Assembly: GCA_000934665.2 (NCBI GenBank) | Contig: JYFJ02000337.1 | Coordinates: 62,001-126,000, forward strand | Reading direction: 5' to 3' | Origin: Catajapyx aquilonaris | Taxonomy: Eukaryota | DNA length: 64,000 nucleotides | In this document: in pieces, positions 26,201-41,837 of the stretch | Layout: every line of letters begins with the position of its first letter | Position numbering within the stretch: the first letter of the stretch is position 1 | Notes under the pieces: model-generated | Told to the model about the DNA's origin: nothing | Databases searched by the model: none | What the model saw: only the letters and a program-made list of their open reading frames with translations | Made by a program: the position numbers and the translations under genes

Positions 26201-29200
26201 TGGGATTCGCAGAGGGGTTTCCGGGGCCAACCGTTGCCCAGCCTTTGTCTTCAGCATTGCTCCCCAAATTGACTGTCGATTAAAATTGGATGGTGTACAT
26301 TGTACCGGTTCGGGCTAAAAATAACTACTGGTGAGTCTAATGAAGAGCAATACGCATTTTTTGAAAGTCACGCATCTGATCGGTTCATTTTGGTTTCCCC
26401 CAGCCAACTCGTTTATACTCGGGTCGCACCCTCCATTAATAACGTCCGTTTCGCTCCCCCAACTATTTTTTTGTTCCCTTTCCAATCTGAAGGAATCTGG
26501 AAAAGCACCCGTGTCGCACCCCCACCTGGAGGTCCTCCGCCATGAGGTGCCGCACCTCCCCAAGTTTCCTCTCCGTGGCCGCTGACAAATTCATCAGTCA
26601 CGCCTTATCGGACGGACCACACACGGAACCTTCTTCTGGCAAGAAGCAAAAGAAGCTGCAGGTGGCAGCTCAACTCGTCTCTCATGGGAAGAAGTTGAGG
26701 CAGGACTTTACGGTTAATATGTGCTGTCTAGACACCGGAGTACCCCTTCGCACCTGTAATGACCTTTTAAGAGACGATGTGGAGTCCAAAAGACTATTGT
26801 CGTAAAATCGGCGTTAGTCTCCGGTAGCACTAGCCTACATCACAAGGCCATCAGATAATCTGGCCAGAAGGGGAAGTATAGGCCTAATGGGCCTAATAGG
26901 GGCAGCTTGGGGGCGGTGAAGGAACTTGAGCCTCGTAGGCATCGGTCCGTCCGCTGCCTCCAGGGAGGGACAGATAAATAGGACGATGGGAACAGGGAAG
27001 GAAAAAAAGAAATAGTTTTGTACTTGCAAGGCCGTCCATAAACTTCATTCACACTTTGAGGCAAAGGGAACTAGAGGAAGGCAAACACTTTCGGCGGTTG
27101 CTTCGTCTTGGTCGGCTCGCCTTTCTCAAGGTTGTGGTTAGGAGTGCACTTCCTTCTTTCTTGGTAGAAGGGGGCAGTCTTTTTACAACATCCTGCCTTG
27201 ATAATATCGAGTGTGGGCTACTTTCCCGTATACAAACGGTCATTCATTCGGGAGGGAAATTTTTTATTATATATAGGTTGTGACTCGGCGGCACTTTTGC
27301 GCCGGCGACTATTATTGGCATTCTTGGAAAACTTAGCTGCTTGGCTCACTCGCAATGAAAACAATAAGTAAAAGGGGTTTCGATTTATTGGGTGTGAGAT
27401 TGGCTTGCTGCAATTGCTTGACGTCAAGAGTTTTACATTCAGGCAAGGGTCATCCAAAAGTTATCTGAATGTGCTGCCAGCACTTGACTGTCTTTCGTCT
27501 GGATCATCCTTCTTGTTTTCAGTATACTTTTTATATATATTTTATCATTCACTAATAACAATATTAGATATTAATAGACTACATTTCGGTTTTTATTCAT
27601 GTAGTAGACTATACGTATCTAGCTCTCTACGGCTTATCAGGCTACATGTAGTCTATTATACCAAAGGCATCATGCAGCCTGTAAGTGGCCCAAGGGATTT
27701 TTTTTTGTAAAGTAACATTTTAATAGCATAGGCTTTAAAAGCATCGCATGCCATGTGGCAGCTTCCGAGAAACAAGTAAAAAAACATTTCCCACCATGCA
27801 CAGTTTGCTTGGAAATTCCGACGCTTTCAAATTATGTGACGTGATTAGACGTAATCAATACAGAGAACAGGATGTATGTGGAAGGAATGCTAATTACGCA
27901 ATAATTTTCGTCATCATCACTTACATCGGTTAATTCGGCAACAATTTGAAATAATAAAATTCATTTCAAACGCGTTAATTTAACCCATAACAATCCGGAA
28001 GTCGATGGCACAGTCTCTCGTTGATTATAAACTTCATACATCACATATCCTTTGTCCAAGGTTTTCCTTCCTATATCCTTGAACTTCTGCAACCGTTTCC
28101 ACACAGGTGTACGAAAAGTTGCTTGCAAAATGGACCTATACTTTCAACTCATCAATGGCTAATCCATCATCTTCGCCCAACCTTTTTAATTGCCCCGTAC
28201 ACCCTGTGCAGCAACACACCCAATAGGTCCAGTACCGATGTATACACACAGCCAGATTCGAGCGAGGTCATGGACCTGGGAATTGCGCATTTCTCCGTCC
28301 AAATATACCCCCACCTCATTGGCATCTATCGGCCAGCAGCGCGTCAAGTGTGAATAATGCGACCTTTTGCAACCGTACCAACCGGTTCCTTTTGTGTCGC
28401 GGCCCCGTAGTTAAGATTAAGAGGCACTTGTGATAAAAAGGACCCCGGCCAAGAGTGACGTGCGAGTGTGTGTATGTGTGTGCCATAGCATGCGGAGGAG
28501 TCACCGACCGCACACGACCACAAGCCCTGGTCATTTCCTGCCGACCAACATTTCACATGGTATTATGTCGAGGTGTCATTCTCCGTAGCCATAATTAGCA
28601 TTGGAAATTTTTTTGCTTATAAGATTTTGTTCAAATGATATGATGTGTGTAGCACACGAGTAACGGAACCATGGGTTGGCAGCGGCATCCGTGTCAGGAT
28701 GCGATTACTATATTTGGTGAACAATGCGACCAGGGAAGAGCATGCTAATCACGGTGAATAAACGTGATAATCAAGGTGGAGCCCGGGATATGCATCCGGC
28801 TCCCTGGGAATGTCCGGTAGCCATTGTCCAGGCGGAACCAAACCACACTTTCGCCGTCCGCTACCCCAAATTTCGACAAGGGGCAATAGACGCTACGGTA
28901 GCAATACCGATGGTAAAAGCTTCTGTCCGCGGAAACCGGGGGTCTCCTGCTATTTGAGCAAATTGTCTCATAAAAACAACCCGGGGGTCGAGCCCCCCAT
29001 TTTATTTCTCAACGGTTTGATTTGGGCATGACCCGTAGGGAGCGGGTGACCATAAAAATCGAGGTGCCTCTTTGCTACGGGAAAAACGGGGCGTCGTTCT
29101 AGAGAGGCCGTTAAATTTAGAGGACGTCCAGAAGATGCAAAGTAATGGACCTCCCAGAATGTTGGGCCATTTTGGCTACTCACCCAAGTAATGGTTACCT

Positions 29201-32200
29201 TGTCCAAAAAATTATTCCCCCAGCAAATATGTACACATTAAGATAGAATCGGGGCCCCGCCAAGATAAGTAGTCAATTTGCCTTGACCCATGCAATAAAT
29301 ACGCGGTGGAATCTTGTCTCTAATAGACTGGTATAATCCAGCATGACTTCACGTGCGCCTGGAAGAATCTGAAAGAAAAGACGGTGTTATTGATGGAGTT
29401 TGCATGTCGGGGTAAGGGACAGGCTCCACGGTAGGTCCAGGGCCCGTGGTTTATAATTACCGCCCCCCCGGTTGGGTCTAAAGGCATCATTATGGACCGC
29501 GAACGGTAATAAACGCGGCGGCTCAGGGTTGCTGAAAGTGCAAACTTCATCCCTGGATTGGACGGTTTGAAGTCACGAGTCCAGGCCCTCGGATGCTATT
29601 AAAACATATGGGGGAGGCTGCTGGCGGTTCTTAACACCCCCTGAACCATACACCTGCTAGGTAGCTCAGGAGTCACCCCGTGTCAGGGACGAAGGTGAGT
29701 GGTGGGTAAGGACCGACGCCGCACCCAATATTACCCGGGGCCAATTTATATACCCATTTTTTTTTGTAGGTAGTCGTGATTCGGATGACCTTTGTGTTTC
29801 GACCTCTTAAAATAATTTGTGCGTCAAGGATATAGGCTGATACTGGATTTAGCCAAAGTGTGGACAATGTACCCATCTCAGGTGTAAAGTACCGCATATT
29901 TTACAAGCAGCAGCTTTACCGCAAGATCTCCCACCAGTTGGATTACCTCACGCAACCTCCTTGATAGCAATCTGTCGCACTTTGCAGGCCATAAACCACC
30001 ACTTTGGAGACACTTTTTATCCCCTACGCTGCCATCAAGACGACAACCACCGATACATCTTCCTAGATGACCCATGCTTGTTCCGCAATCCTGGTGGTCC
30101 CGGTCTCCCCCCCTTGAAAAACACGATCAAGCATATTCCCCTTACACAAACCGGGACCTCCGTAACTTTTTACCTTTGTCACTGACACAACAACAGGGTG
30201 GACATAATCCTCCGGTCTTAGAAGCAGGACCCTTGATTTACGGGGGTTTCGTGGTTTTTTTTGCCGATCCCTATTCCGATTTGGAGGACAAACTGCTCAT
30301 TTTCTTTGGATTAAACTGTAGATGTAATTAAGTAGTTATTATGAGCCTATAGCTTGTACTGCCATATTGGATTAAACATGGCGGCGCCCATGTCACGCCC
30401 TAACAAAATTGCATTGTTTTGTTTGCTAAATCATATGGCTACAAGTAATTACTGTTTACTGTTGCTCCAATAGTGATTATTGTTTACTTACTTCCAATGA
30501 ACAGTTCATACCCAGGCGCACACCTGTTGCTGGCTGGTGTTACCACGCCATCTTTTACCCCAAAGCTAGGCAAGGGAGCTGGTGAACATAACACCCTGAG
30601 AGACATGTCTTCGGCGACGCAGCGGGGTAATCTGTGCTCCTAAATTAAATTTTCAAGCTCCCTTGATTGCATAGGGCGGGGGTGATTCCACCCGTGTTTT
30701 CCCGCCGCGGGATGAGCAAAAGAGGTGGAGAAGTTGGCGAGTACAGCTTCAGGGGAATCGGCTGGTGAGGAGCACTTCGGACCAGATTACCACCTTTCCT
30801 TCCACTTTGATAGCACCATTGCCCTGGAGACATCTTGAGAGGAAATGCGCCTTGTCGCCTTGGGTGGGCCACCATCCCCATTTTTTGAGAGGGGGGAGAA
30901 AAATAATAAAGGGCACCAGTAGCCGGATGCTTCGGTTGTAATCAGGGAGGCGTCTTCAAACATGATATCATGCTGTATACAGAGTATTTTTTTGTGCTGA
31001 GTCAGCCTCTATTCAGAGTCTTCCTGTCCACTTTGGATGTGTCAGTTCGGCTTTACTAGGTCTATGGTGTTTCACTCTTCAGGAGTTCAGGTCTTCCGTT
31101 TTGCTCAGTCAGCTTCAGTGTGGAACATTCCGACAGAAAGAATGAGATTCGCTGAAGGTATCCTAACGGCTACCCTTTTCATATATAAGAAAATGTGATA
31201 TTGAATTAATTAATTAATTATATTAAAATAAATAAATCACTTGGCAGACCTACTACCCCAGCTTCTCCGTACTGTTGTATATAAGGACCAAAGAGTTTCA
31301 GGCAGCCATCTAAGACCCCTTTCCTTCAATCCCTTGATTAGACAAATGGTTTTGGCCCCCATATACATGCGACATATTCAAATCGCGCTCTATTATGTGC
31401 AATCTCAAAATATTGTGTAACAGGGTGGAGTCCCCGAGAAAAAGGTCCACACCACCCCTTAGGATTTTTATGATGCAAAGTGTTGCTCATTGTCCAACGC
31501 CACCCAGCAAGCAAGAGAGAGGGCCGTTTCGCCTTTAAAAAAATAGGAGAGGGTCCAGAGAGGGTTGTTCACAAGGATGAGGAGGGTAACAGAGGAGGGC
31601 GTTCCCCAAACTGCAGTCCACATGGGGCAATTAACGGCTCAGGATGTCATAAAGCTCTGGCCCCGAAGCAAATTAATATCTGTCCGGTGGCAATGAGGTG
31701 AACACAGCACGGGGAGGACCCCACACTATTGGGCACCCACAAAAAAATATCCCAGGTAGAAACAGGCTTCAACATTTGCATGGTAGCAACCTGTGTGAAG
31801 ATATGTCGGCTTTTCATCCATTATTGTTATTTTTTATGATGGGGTTGATTTTTTTTACGCATCAAGTGGCTCAAATGTAAGCCATCGCTGCTGACTTCCA
31901 GCTCCGAAGAACTTGCTTTCTAATCTCCATATCAGGTAGGCTTATTATGCAAATTCCCCCTTAAGGTCAGAAGAGTGGCATAAGAGGGGGGAGATGGCGC
32001 GTGAATGTAGAAAAAAAAATTATGATAAATGAAGATGGGTGGACGAGATTACTGGTATTGTACCGATCTGACTTGTGTAAATGTGGGGACAGCTGGTGGG
32101 GAAGCTCGGACAAGCTTCCTTCAAGCCTCTTATGAGTACGGTTGAGAGGTATGAAAAAGAAACCGTCATCTATTCACATACTGTAGAGAAAAAAAAATAT

Positions 32201-34459
32201 TCAAAAATAACATGAGATTTCCGGGTCCACTTTGTTATTACTAAACATCTTGCACCATGAACAGGTTTTGTAACATTCACGCTTGACGTATGAGTTCACG
32301 CGAAGCTGACGGCGCGGCGATGCAAATATTTAGGAACTGCACTGTTACCAATATGTATCAATATTTCCGGATATAGAAAGCAGCCATTGACAGCATATAG
32401 ACAGTGTTAAAATTCCGCTGGGTTACAATAAAATAAAAATAAATTAGTAGACGAAAAATGTGCTTGACCATAATTATTAGGGTAAGCTGCTGTATCAACT
32501 CGATCAGTTGAGTTGTGAAATGCAAATTCCTATACACATAATCATAGATTTTCCATTAATTTGCGTTCAATGTAACTGGATGTTAATATTCGCAATTGGC
32601 AAGTTAGCCCAGGAAAAATATTTGCCAAGAATGTCCCTAAATACTTTACCATATGGCCAGACACATGTCGAAAAAAATGATTTCGCCGCATGTAGCTGCA
32701 TAATTTCATCATTTTCGTGATTTAATATATCACATTAGCTCTAATTTGAACTTGCTCATGAATACTGTTATATTATGCATATAAGCTAATGAAAGTACTT
32801 AAGTTTATCTGAGCTCTCTCCCTCCTATAAGTATACGCCATTAAATAAAATATCCTCTAGCAGATGGTAACCGCTCCTCATCTTCCATTCACCTCGTACT
32901 AAACATTACAGGAGCAACAGGACAAAAATTCATTAGCCTGCTATGTAGTAGAGAAAGCTGGGCTAAGAGGATCTGGGCAGAAATTAAGAACCCATTAACA
33001 GTTGAAGGCAGGAATGGCTGGTATATAACTATACCTATATAGACACTTTAGTATTCCGGCTGGATAGTGTGGAGCCGCGCCTTTCAGCCATCGGGAATCG
33101 GGTAATTATTTTAGCATTATTGTTTTCCGAACCCGTTTTGGCGTAAATCCTGTGGCCACCTCCTATTACTAATAGCTTTATGATTTGCGAGGTGCGGTGT
33201 AAGTGCGCTGTAAAAACATGGGTAGGGACTGTTACTTGAACAAGGCAGCTGTGCTCAGGAGCAAATGGGTGATTTTCAAAAGCCTATAGATGAGTTATCT
33301 GACTGGATAAGGGAGGGTTAGACTCACCGCTCTATAAATGACAGGTCAATGAATGTATTACCTTGAGTTACAGCCTCACAATGGAGATAGTCCCTTTTGT
33401 CGCCGCCCCAGAATGAGTCGCCCTTTTGTGAAAAGCACCTTTCAAGTATCATCGTACCTGGGTATAAAACAAACATAAAAATTCTTCTCAAGTGAGGAAG
33501 CACTTTATTTCCATTTTTTGTGGGTTTAGAAGATGGGCGCGCCGCTTTTTCTTTCTTAACCCTTTTTTGTCTGTATGTTATTCATTCAACTCGCTCTGTA
33601 TCAATGCAACGGGGCCCTTTCCAGTGGCCCGTCACACTTCTCTTCATTAGTCATGGGTGCGGTCAGGTAAGCAGAGAGAGAAGAGGGTGCTGGACCCCTT
33701 TTCCGACTTTTGTGCTGTGTGTATGTATAATTGGGGCATTCATGCCAGAAGGACCAGCTGAGTCTGATGAGTATGGGTATTCATATGAGGAAAATGGGGT
33801 GATGGTCCAGCCATATTTAGCATGTCACCCACATTTTTTCCCCTTTAATATTACAGTGTCTCATGTACAAAATTTCAATTTTTTAAAAGTGTCGGTTGCC
33901 ATTAGGTGTGGGTGCAGGTGTGTTGAAGCATAGGTGTGATCTTCCCACTTGAAGACCCAGGTGTGTATATAGGTCCCAGGTACGGGCGGGGCTAGGTCTG
34001 GACCCAGCAAGAGGTCCAAGTCGGCTCTCTCTCACGGCCTGAACAAGGGAAAAAAACTAAACATAAAAAAAGAAAAAAGGAGGGTGGCCTGAGCAAGTCA
34101 GCCATCCGTGGCCATTCTAGTACGTAATTGCACCTCTCCTATATCCCCAGAGACGGACTCGGGTTTCAATTGGAGATTAGAGATGCCCAGACTTCAAAAC
34201 CACTTGGGTGTCGCCCGTTTTCCGCCATTTCCGAGGGAGACTCTCCACAGCAGGGTTAGACAGAGAGATGGGTATGTAGGGGGTTCTACGGCACGCCCGG
34301 ATAACCGGTCCTCACGGGAGCAGTTCGGGATTCATTAGCAGCTTCTGGGATCAGCATGTGGACAGCTCTTTTAATGACATCATATTCATCCGTGGGAGTA
34401 AGCTTGGATTGCATGGAAATAATTACATTAAAGAAGAAGGAGCACCGACAATGTTGCAT

Positions 34460-34501
34460 ACATTACATACATTGTAGCACACATTACATACATTGTAGCA
34501 C
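34460..34501. repeat. perfect 21-bp tandem duplication
   Basis: ACATTACATACATTGTAGCAC x2. Confidence 0.9.
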
Positions 34502-37500
34502 ACAAACTATTAAACAAACCTCATACAACCAGTCTTGTATGTTACATGTCAAATTATAGGCGTTTAATGTCGTTCAGGATAGTGCACGAGCGGTTTTGAC
34601 CTTGTTGTGATTACGGTTATTGCAACTATGTTATCAGTTGGAAAGTCACACCTGCTGGGACTAAATATTATAACTAATCTGCCCATAATTAGGTCAATGA
34701 CAATTATTGAGAATGTGGTAACATTGGAATACTATTATAATTATTGCTTATACATTGTACTACATGTCAAGTGTGTTGAAGGTCAGCTTGGTTGGTGGTC
34801 ACTTACACCAAACTTTGCATGCTCCTAGGTCATTACCAGAGAATTGTAACAATAAGGGGGCCAGACCGCTCTCCATCAATTAACTAATTACTCTAATTTC
34901 TATCAAATTTTATGACCCATTTCCCTACTACATGTGCTATAGCAAAGCTTCACTCATAAGTCCTTCGTGTAATTTTTTTCCTCGACACTTCATGTATTGT
35001 GCATTAATGCTAACCCTCGACTTGTATACCCCGTGACTGATTCTACCTCTAACTCCATGCATTGTGATGTGTCACACCATTTTTGAGCGTTACCTCGGTC
35101 CTAATCGATCAAGCTGCATGTGGTATATAGTATGTACTCCTCTCAAAATTTGTAGGGTGGGCCGTGACTTCTCCATCACTTTGGCAGACTCAGTGTAGAG
35201 AAACGGGTAATTGTTGTCGTGACATCCCCTTCACGTAGAACAATTTTTCCTAACAATTCCTCCCATCCCCTTCTCTCAAAAAAGGGTGCCCAAGATAGTG
35301 ATTTAGCCACACTTATCACGCGTGGGGGTAAAAAGGTTTGAATAAGTGGCATGTGTGACGGAGCCCTTGCTTCACAAAAAGGGGTGAAGCGGCCAAGAAC
35401 TTGTCTTGACACCTGATTTGAAACGGACTTGTGGCCTTCAACCGTTACCCTCAACTCTTTTTGATTGTCCAAGAGGGAGGATGGAAGGAGTCAGTTCCGC
35501 TTTTGTTATGTTCCGACAACCCTTTTTCGGTCCTGGCCGAACCCACACCGAGATTGACACTTGTCACTTCTGGGGGCCTCCAACCTCCAAAGAGGCATCT
35601 GCTGCCTATTCATTTGTCCTTGTTATAACCATTCTGACGCACTCGAACCCCTCGTTTCACGATAGACCCCCCTCTTAAGAGATCTGATTGGATGACAGCC
35701 TGTGGAACATTTCAAAACAATCAGACGGGTTCAAAAGTGGATGTTAGCAACACGCACAGTACTACAAATAATTGCTCTGTGTGAACTTATTTTTAAAATA
35801 AAAAAGACAAAATTCCCAAGCGTATCCGGACAATTAATCGCAGTCCATGTGGACATACCAGCGCAAAATTACCTAAACCATCAGTCCAAAGTCAACCCAA
35901 AACCATGGGTATAAGTGGGGAGGCTGCAGAGGAATCCGAGAGTTCCCTGACTAATTAACCGGAGTGTTCGGCACACAAAGAAGACAGTCGCGTTCCGGCT
36001 GGGATGTGACCTAACCCACCCCCCAATTTATACCCTTCCGACAAAAGAGGGTTACCCGGCTTGGGAACCGCAGACGGAATGTCAACTTCTTCAGCATCTG
36101 GGTACGGTCGCTGGTACGACAAGAAGCCCATTGTCACTTCGATCTAGTAGTTCCAGAGGAATGTTGGTCATTAGGCGCTAGTTGACAGTTGCTGCCAGGT
36201 CACAACACCGGAGGGGCACCACTCTGAATTTATCAACTTCTGCTCAGCTTGCTTTTTTTTTTCTTTCTTCCTCCACAGCACCCTACACCCTAAAGGGAAA
36301 CAAACTATGCGGGTATTTCCGCCCACAGTTTCGACTTATGACAGATCATGTGTTGGAAACCTAACCAAATGAGCCGAGGCTGGCGGGCATTAGTCTCCGC
36401 AAGAATAACTTCCACTTTGTCTCCTCGTAATTAGAGCACATTTATGTGTTCAAATCATTTTTCCGTCTAACTATCGCCTTGGTACACTTGGCCAAAATTA
36501 TAGTAAGACGAAATCTACCGAGTCCAAATTTGGAGGAATTATTCGCCGTAAGTACTCCATCATCTGGTTAGGTCCATTTAGTTCTAAATATTCATAGTGA
36601 GTCTGAAAGTAATCGTTTTTGTCTTCACTATCATATAAGCATCGATTACCCATGGTTGGTGAATTTCTCCTGTATGCCCACGATGTACTGCAATTGAATG
36701 TTGTAAGTACGAACATAAGTCCAACCTGATAGAAAAATGGTGCGGTTCGCGAATAAAATTCGCTGATAGAACAATTCCACAAACATCTGTACTTCAACTC
36801 CAAATTCATTGCCCTTGGTCTTCAGCATATGCTGCCTTCAATTGCGCAAGCAGCAACAAAACATTTGCTCTTTTCAATCCCTGCATGTAAATCAGCCCAG
36901 CTGGCTAAGTAGGAAATGTCACCCAAAACGAGAGAAGGAATAACAGGGGGTCTCTTTCCCCCCGCAGATGTGTAGTTTTATAGCCAACCCCGTAGGAGGA
37001 AAAGGGGCGAGAACATGTAAGACAAAGGCGTGGAAGCGGGAGACCGGACCCCGAGCTGGATCCCAAAACTCTTTGACAACTTTATTGTACTTGAAACGCA
37101 GAAAGAAGCAGGCTTTTTGGTTATATGCTAGCTGGAAAAGAAAGTGCGGCCACCCGGCTTTCAAAAGCCGGACCTTCGTAACCTATACCCGATGAGAATC
37201 TCCGACCCTGAAGAAGAAGAAAGGTCACAGGTTTCACTGCGGCGTTAACTCATCTCTTGAGGGTTTATACCGCCCGAAAGGTCATCTGATTGTTTCGTCA
37301 AAGGGAGTATTGTTCCGCGCATTTTGCAGTACAGGGTGTTACATAAAGGTCTTGGTTGTTTGCTCCAGGGTAGGCCGACTGCAAGGCCACACATGGAGGC
37401 CGTCACTTGTGGGCATTATTGCTGTGATAAGAATAATGAATTTTAGCTGTTCAAAATGGCTCTAATCCTGGGGGGAAATAAATTATCAATTTAAATGCTA

Positions 37501-40500
37501 TTTTCATGAATGATGTAGGCTTACCAAATATTTTTCTGCGTACATATCGCCTGTTACATCAGTGTGTTTTTAAAATATACTTACCGCCGCATAGAGGGTT
37601 CAGTAAAATACTAAGAAGTGATAACAAATACCTCATAAATAACTGCAATTTTACCATGGCTTCCTCTTTATATATCTTCAATGCGTCAACTTATATGGTC
37701 CAGGTGGTATCTGACCGCGCTCACATGAGTAACAAATGGGCAACAAAATGTCACAATAAAGCATCTTCATGGTGTTCACTCTCTTATTGTTTAAGACGCT
37801 TTTAAATGACCCCATCCCTTTCGGAACCTCATAAATTAAAATGCAGCCTACAACTACAGCAATACGCTGTACATCTTCTAAAGGAACTTTCGCTACACCC
37901 CCGTCTAACCCGATTACTATCGAACGCTTAATAACATATTAATAGGTTGTTTTCATGCGGACGTAACGGGTCACGTTAGGCATGGTCCACAGTTTGCCAA
38001 AGGCACGTTATCCTAACACGTTCTTCATCAGCTTCTCCTCCACAATAGGCCGGCATCCATCAAAGGATCGGAGTCTTTATCTACCACTATCGGTTGCTTT
38101 TTTCCCATTCGCCTTATTAACATCCTATCGCATTGTCCTGCTGCATGTTTGAAAAATGATGCATTCCATCCAATGAAAAGAGCTTCCCCTCCTCTATTTT
38201 TTTTTCTCCCCCTGTACATAGGACCCTATCACGCTGTCAGAAGCACACGACTGCTTCTGGGTGACACAAACACCCGATTTTTGTCCCCACCAAAAAAAAG
38301 GTGGACCTTTTCCTTCCCCAATTGTTGTCCAGCCGCTCCAGTTTCCTGGGATCGGATTGGTAATCCAGCGTGGCAAAAAGGATTAACAGGAGAAACCGGT
38401 AGGAATCCAGAAAAATGGAAAAAAGGCGTCCCTGAAACCTGGAACATTTTTACCGGTGGTCACAAACCTCACAAAGAAAACCGTGGTTTTTCTTTCAGAA
38501 ATTTCAGCATCTGCTGTGTGCGGGGGAGAGTTATTGACATCTCAATATATCATCCACCTCATCCCTATTAGTGTGGCTTCTGCTTTTCAAAAAAAAAAAA
38601 AAGTGGGGGTTTTTGCCAAAAAAGGTTTTTTTTTTTCCTTTCCCCGGAAGATATTAATCTTGCTCACTTTTGGTGAAGCGCCAGTCAAGGCCGGCATTGA
38701 TACTTTTGGGGCCGTCTCTCCCACCAAAAATAGGTCCACTTTTATCGGACTTGTCCATCTTCTTCGGGAAAGGAAAAAGAAGTTGTTAGCGTCTTCCTTT
38801 TTCACTCCCATCCTCAGCCTTCTTACGTGACACCAAGAGAATTCGGGAGCCCCAAAATTGGCCTCCTGAAATGTACAAAGAATACAAAGACCAAAAGGGA
38901 CAGGTCTGGTATCGAACTCACCACCTAATTTTTCGGAGTCTGACTCGAATTTAATTGATTGCTTTTTTTTTCAAAATAACATCTTCCCTCAGTACACCAC
39001 CAGGCGAACTATCAAAAAAAAAATCCATCCCTTAGGGGTACAGTATATTAAATGAATTCTGTATACAGTATAAATAAATATATGAATCAGCCAATTGTAG
39101 CTGAATGTCCCTTTCAACTTATAATCCGCATACTGAAAAATTAATAATGGACCTTTGTCGATATGAATTATCAATGGCCTCCTGAAATAACACACTTTAG
39201 ACCATTACCTTCCCGTTTGAACCTCCATGAATAGGATCCCTATCTTGTTAGTAAAACGGCATCAAAAAGCGACCGCCTGAAGACCCAACCAAAAACCTGC
39301 CACCATATCCCAAAACCTTGATCCAAACTGACAGAAATGATTTGTCCAACTAGTCCTCTCCTAACTTTTTCTAATGAATTTCCTAATACGGCTTGGAACC
39401 AAAACCCTCCAACATCCCCTCCCCCCTCCCCCCCCCCAAAAAAAAAGAGGCATCAGAAAGACGAAGCCATTATACCTAACCCTCCTTCCCAAACCTTACA
39501 CTGTCATTCCACTCAGGAACAACAACATATCAAAAACCCCTGAGAGAAAAACAACTTGAAACCGTACGCCATGCGCCTCAAGGGACTTTTTGCATTTCCT
39601 TTCCATTTGGTATAGGGAGGGTCAAAATCCTAGGATTTTTGGTGCAGGTCAGCAACCCAAAAGCTGAGATTTGGGGGGGCTGGAGGTGGGGTGGGGAAAG
39701 AGAAAAACTGGACTGTTCCTTACAGTATTTCTATAGGCAAACCCCATGCTGTGAGATTGTTTGTCGCCAATCCTCCCTTTTCCCCAAGCTTCCTGAAAAA
39801 GGTAGGCCTCATTGTGGACACCGCTCTGGCTTCAGTGTTTGCTTAGCTGCCGGTAAAACGCGCCTGAGGAAGAAGAAACTTCCTGCGTAATGCTCGCCAT
39901 TACTTTATTGCTCAGAATAAAGGTGGAGTTCTCTTTATATTTCGGGTGGGCCTCGAACCGATCTTTGTGACCTGAATGGCTAGAGCAGCTGTCACATCCT
40001 CTTGTCCGACGCGTGTCACCAAACATGATTGAAATCCAATATTTGCAGTGAGCATTAACACCTCATGGTGACACTTGACAGCTATCAGCAAGATAAACTG
40101 TGTATAATATGAACGTAGCACCGTAATTACACGAAAATCATAATTTTTCTCAACCAAACCGCCCACCTTGAATGCCATACATCTTCCGTGACCCCTTGTG
40201 ACCTCAAACCCACTGGACCTCTTAGTTAAACATGCCAGCAACACCCCCACCTACGCGACACCTGGACAACAGGTCAAATCCCACCTGCACACTTAACAAA
40301 AATTGTTCCTGGACACGCCTCCCAGGTATCCTAGAAAAACTAGAGGGGGACATTTCTCATCCGCAAGTTTGGCAGATCAAACTTCAAGAGTTTGGCCCGC
40401 CTCAAAAGGAACCAGAGGCCTTCCATTCAAAGAGGGTCCCAGCCCACGTGGGGGTCACAGTTGGGGTCACTTGGCTGTAAGGATGGGTGTTCCTTTTTAC

Positions 40501-41830
40501 CTCAGCCTCTCCAAAACTGCTCTCAATGTTCCCCACCCAACCAGGGAGGATTAAGGATGAACCAAATTTTACTAAGGTCCAACCACCCCCTGGAGAGAAC
40601 CCGGCATAATGAAAATTTCGGGATTACGACAAACCCCGGAATTAAATTGATTTCATTTACATGCCCGTTAGAACTGTCCCCATCCACATGGAAATCTGGA
40701 CAATAGATTTAGGACCTGGGATTAGGCCCCGGCAGAGTGGACAATCTGCCTACAATCGGGCAGCATTTACTGACCACGCACGCTTCCCACAGGGGGCGAC
40801 ATCCAAATCCGTCTAATTCCCTTCTTCTACTTTAGAAGCCGAAGATCTGGAAATAGTACCTTTCCTGTCAATTACCATGAGCCGCGTCCGAGGGATTTAT
40901 GGGTGCCCCGCTGGTGCCACGGACCCCGCCAAAGTGCCCAAAAGTACCCTTGCGCTCTAGATAATGCACTGGAATGGTAATGGGCACGTCTAGACAGGTT
41001 GAAACAATAAGCTCCTAACAAAAAGGGACAGTACTCTCAACGGGCTTCTGGAGACAACAATACAGTACAAGAATAACACCCCATGGCTGCACCTGACCGC
41101 CTGTACATTTGGCATCGTTGTCTTGACCCCCATATTCACCATCACCCTGATCCTCCCCCACTGATTAATAATATTCAGTCTTGTAGGCATGTAGACGAGC
41201 AGGTGCGCCCACAGCCTCTTATTCAAAAACCTTATGGGGGAGCCTCATTTGATACCGCCCAGCTCAGAATAAATGACCAAACGAGAAGGGGAGATCCTAG
41301 AAGCACAAAAAATGGAGAGAAACACGTGCATAAGCAGCGTAAGTGATTATCTGAGATTCTGATGGTGCTATTGTCACAAATGAGGAATTGCAACAAGCCC
41401 AGGACAACTGCTCCCATTTCATTCTGTCAATGGCTGTCGGTTGTATTTCGCTCTGGAGTAGATTCTATGCTTGCATTTAGGCTCGAAAAGGGAGAGTAGA
41501 AAAAAAAGTTGAGTTTATGGCTACATCTTTCAGCAAGAACTCTGGTTTAAATATATCGGCATGGAAAGGTCGTAAAGAGTGGTGCACCTGGAAAGACTGG
41601 ACCTATAGGTGCCCACGCACCCATTTGCAAATTAGGGCGGCGAGATCAAAAGACCGGGCCGCAGTTGTTATGAAAGGCTTGGTATAAGGTGTAGTGAAAT
41701 GTTAATTCGTGACCTCTTAGTACCACTATTTAATCTGCTGTCCACCTACCCGTTAACCGTCCTTATTCCACTTTTTCTAACTAAAAGCGGACATAAACTT
41801 AGACGAACTTTTTTTTGGGGGGGGGGGGGG

Positions 41831-41837
41831 NNNNNNN
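41831..41837. other. assembly gap or ambiguous bases inside a poly-G run
   Basis: 7 N flanked by G runs. Confidence 0.98.

Noticed and set aside
33760..33800. CTGATGA followed by a short hairpin and GAAA
   Set aside because: Extra bases between stem II and GAAA, and no stems I or III
36498..36828. short minus-strand ORFs as a possible transposon or gene remnant
   Set aside because: No identifiable motif; cannot be supported without a database search
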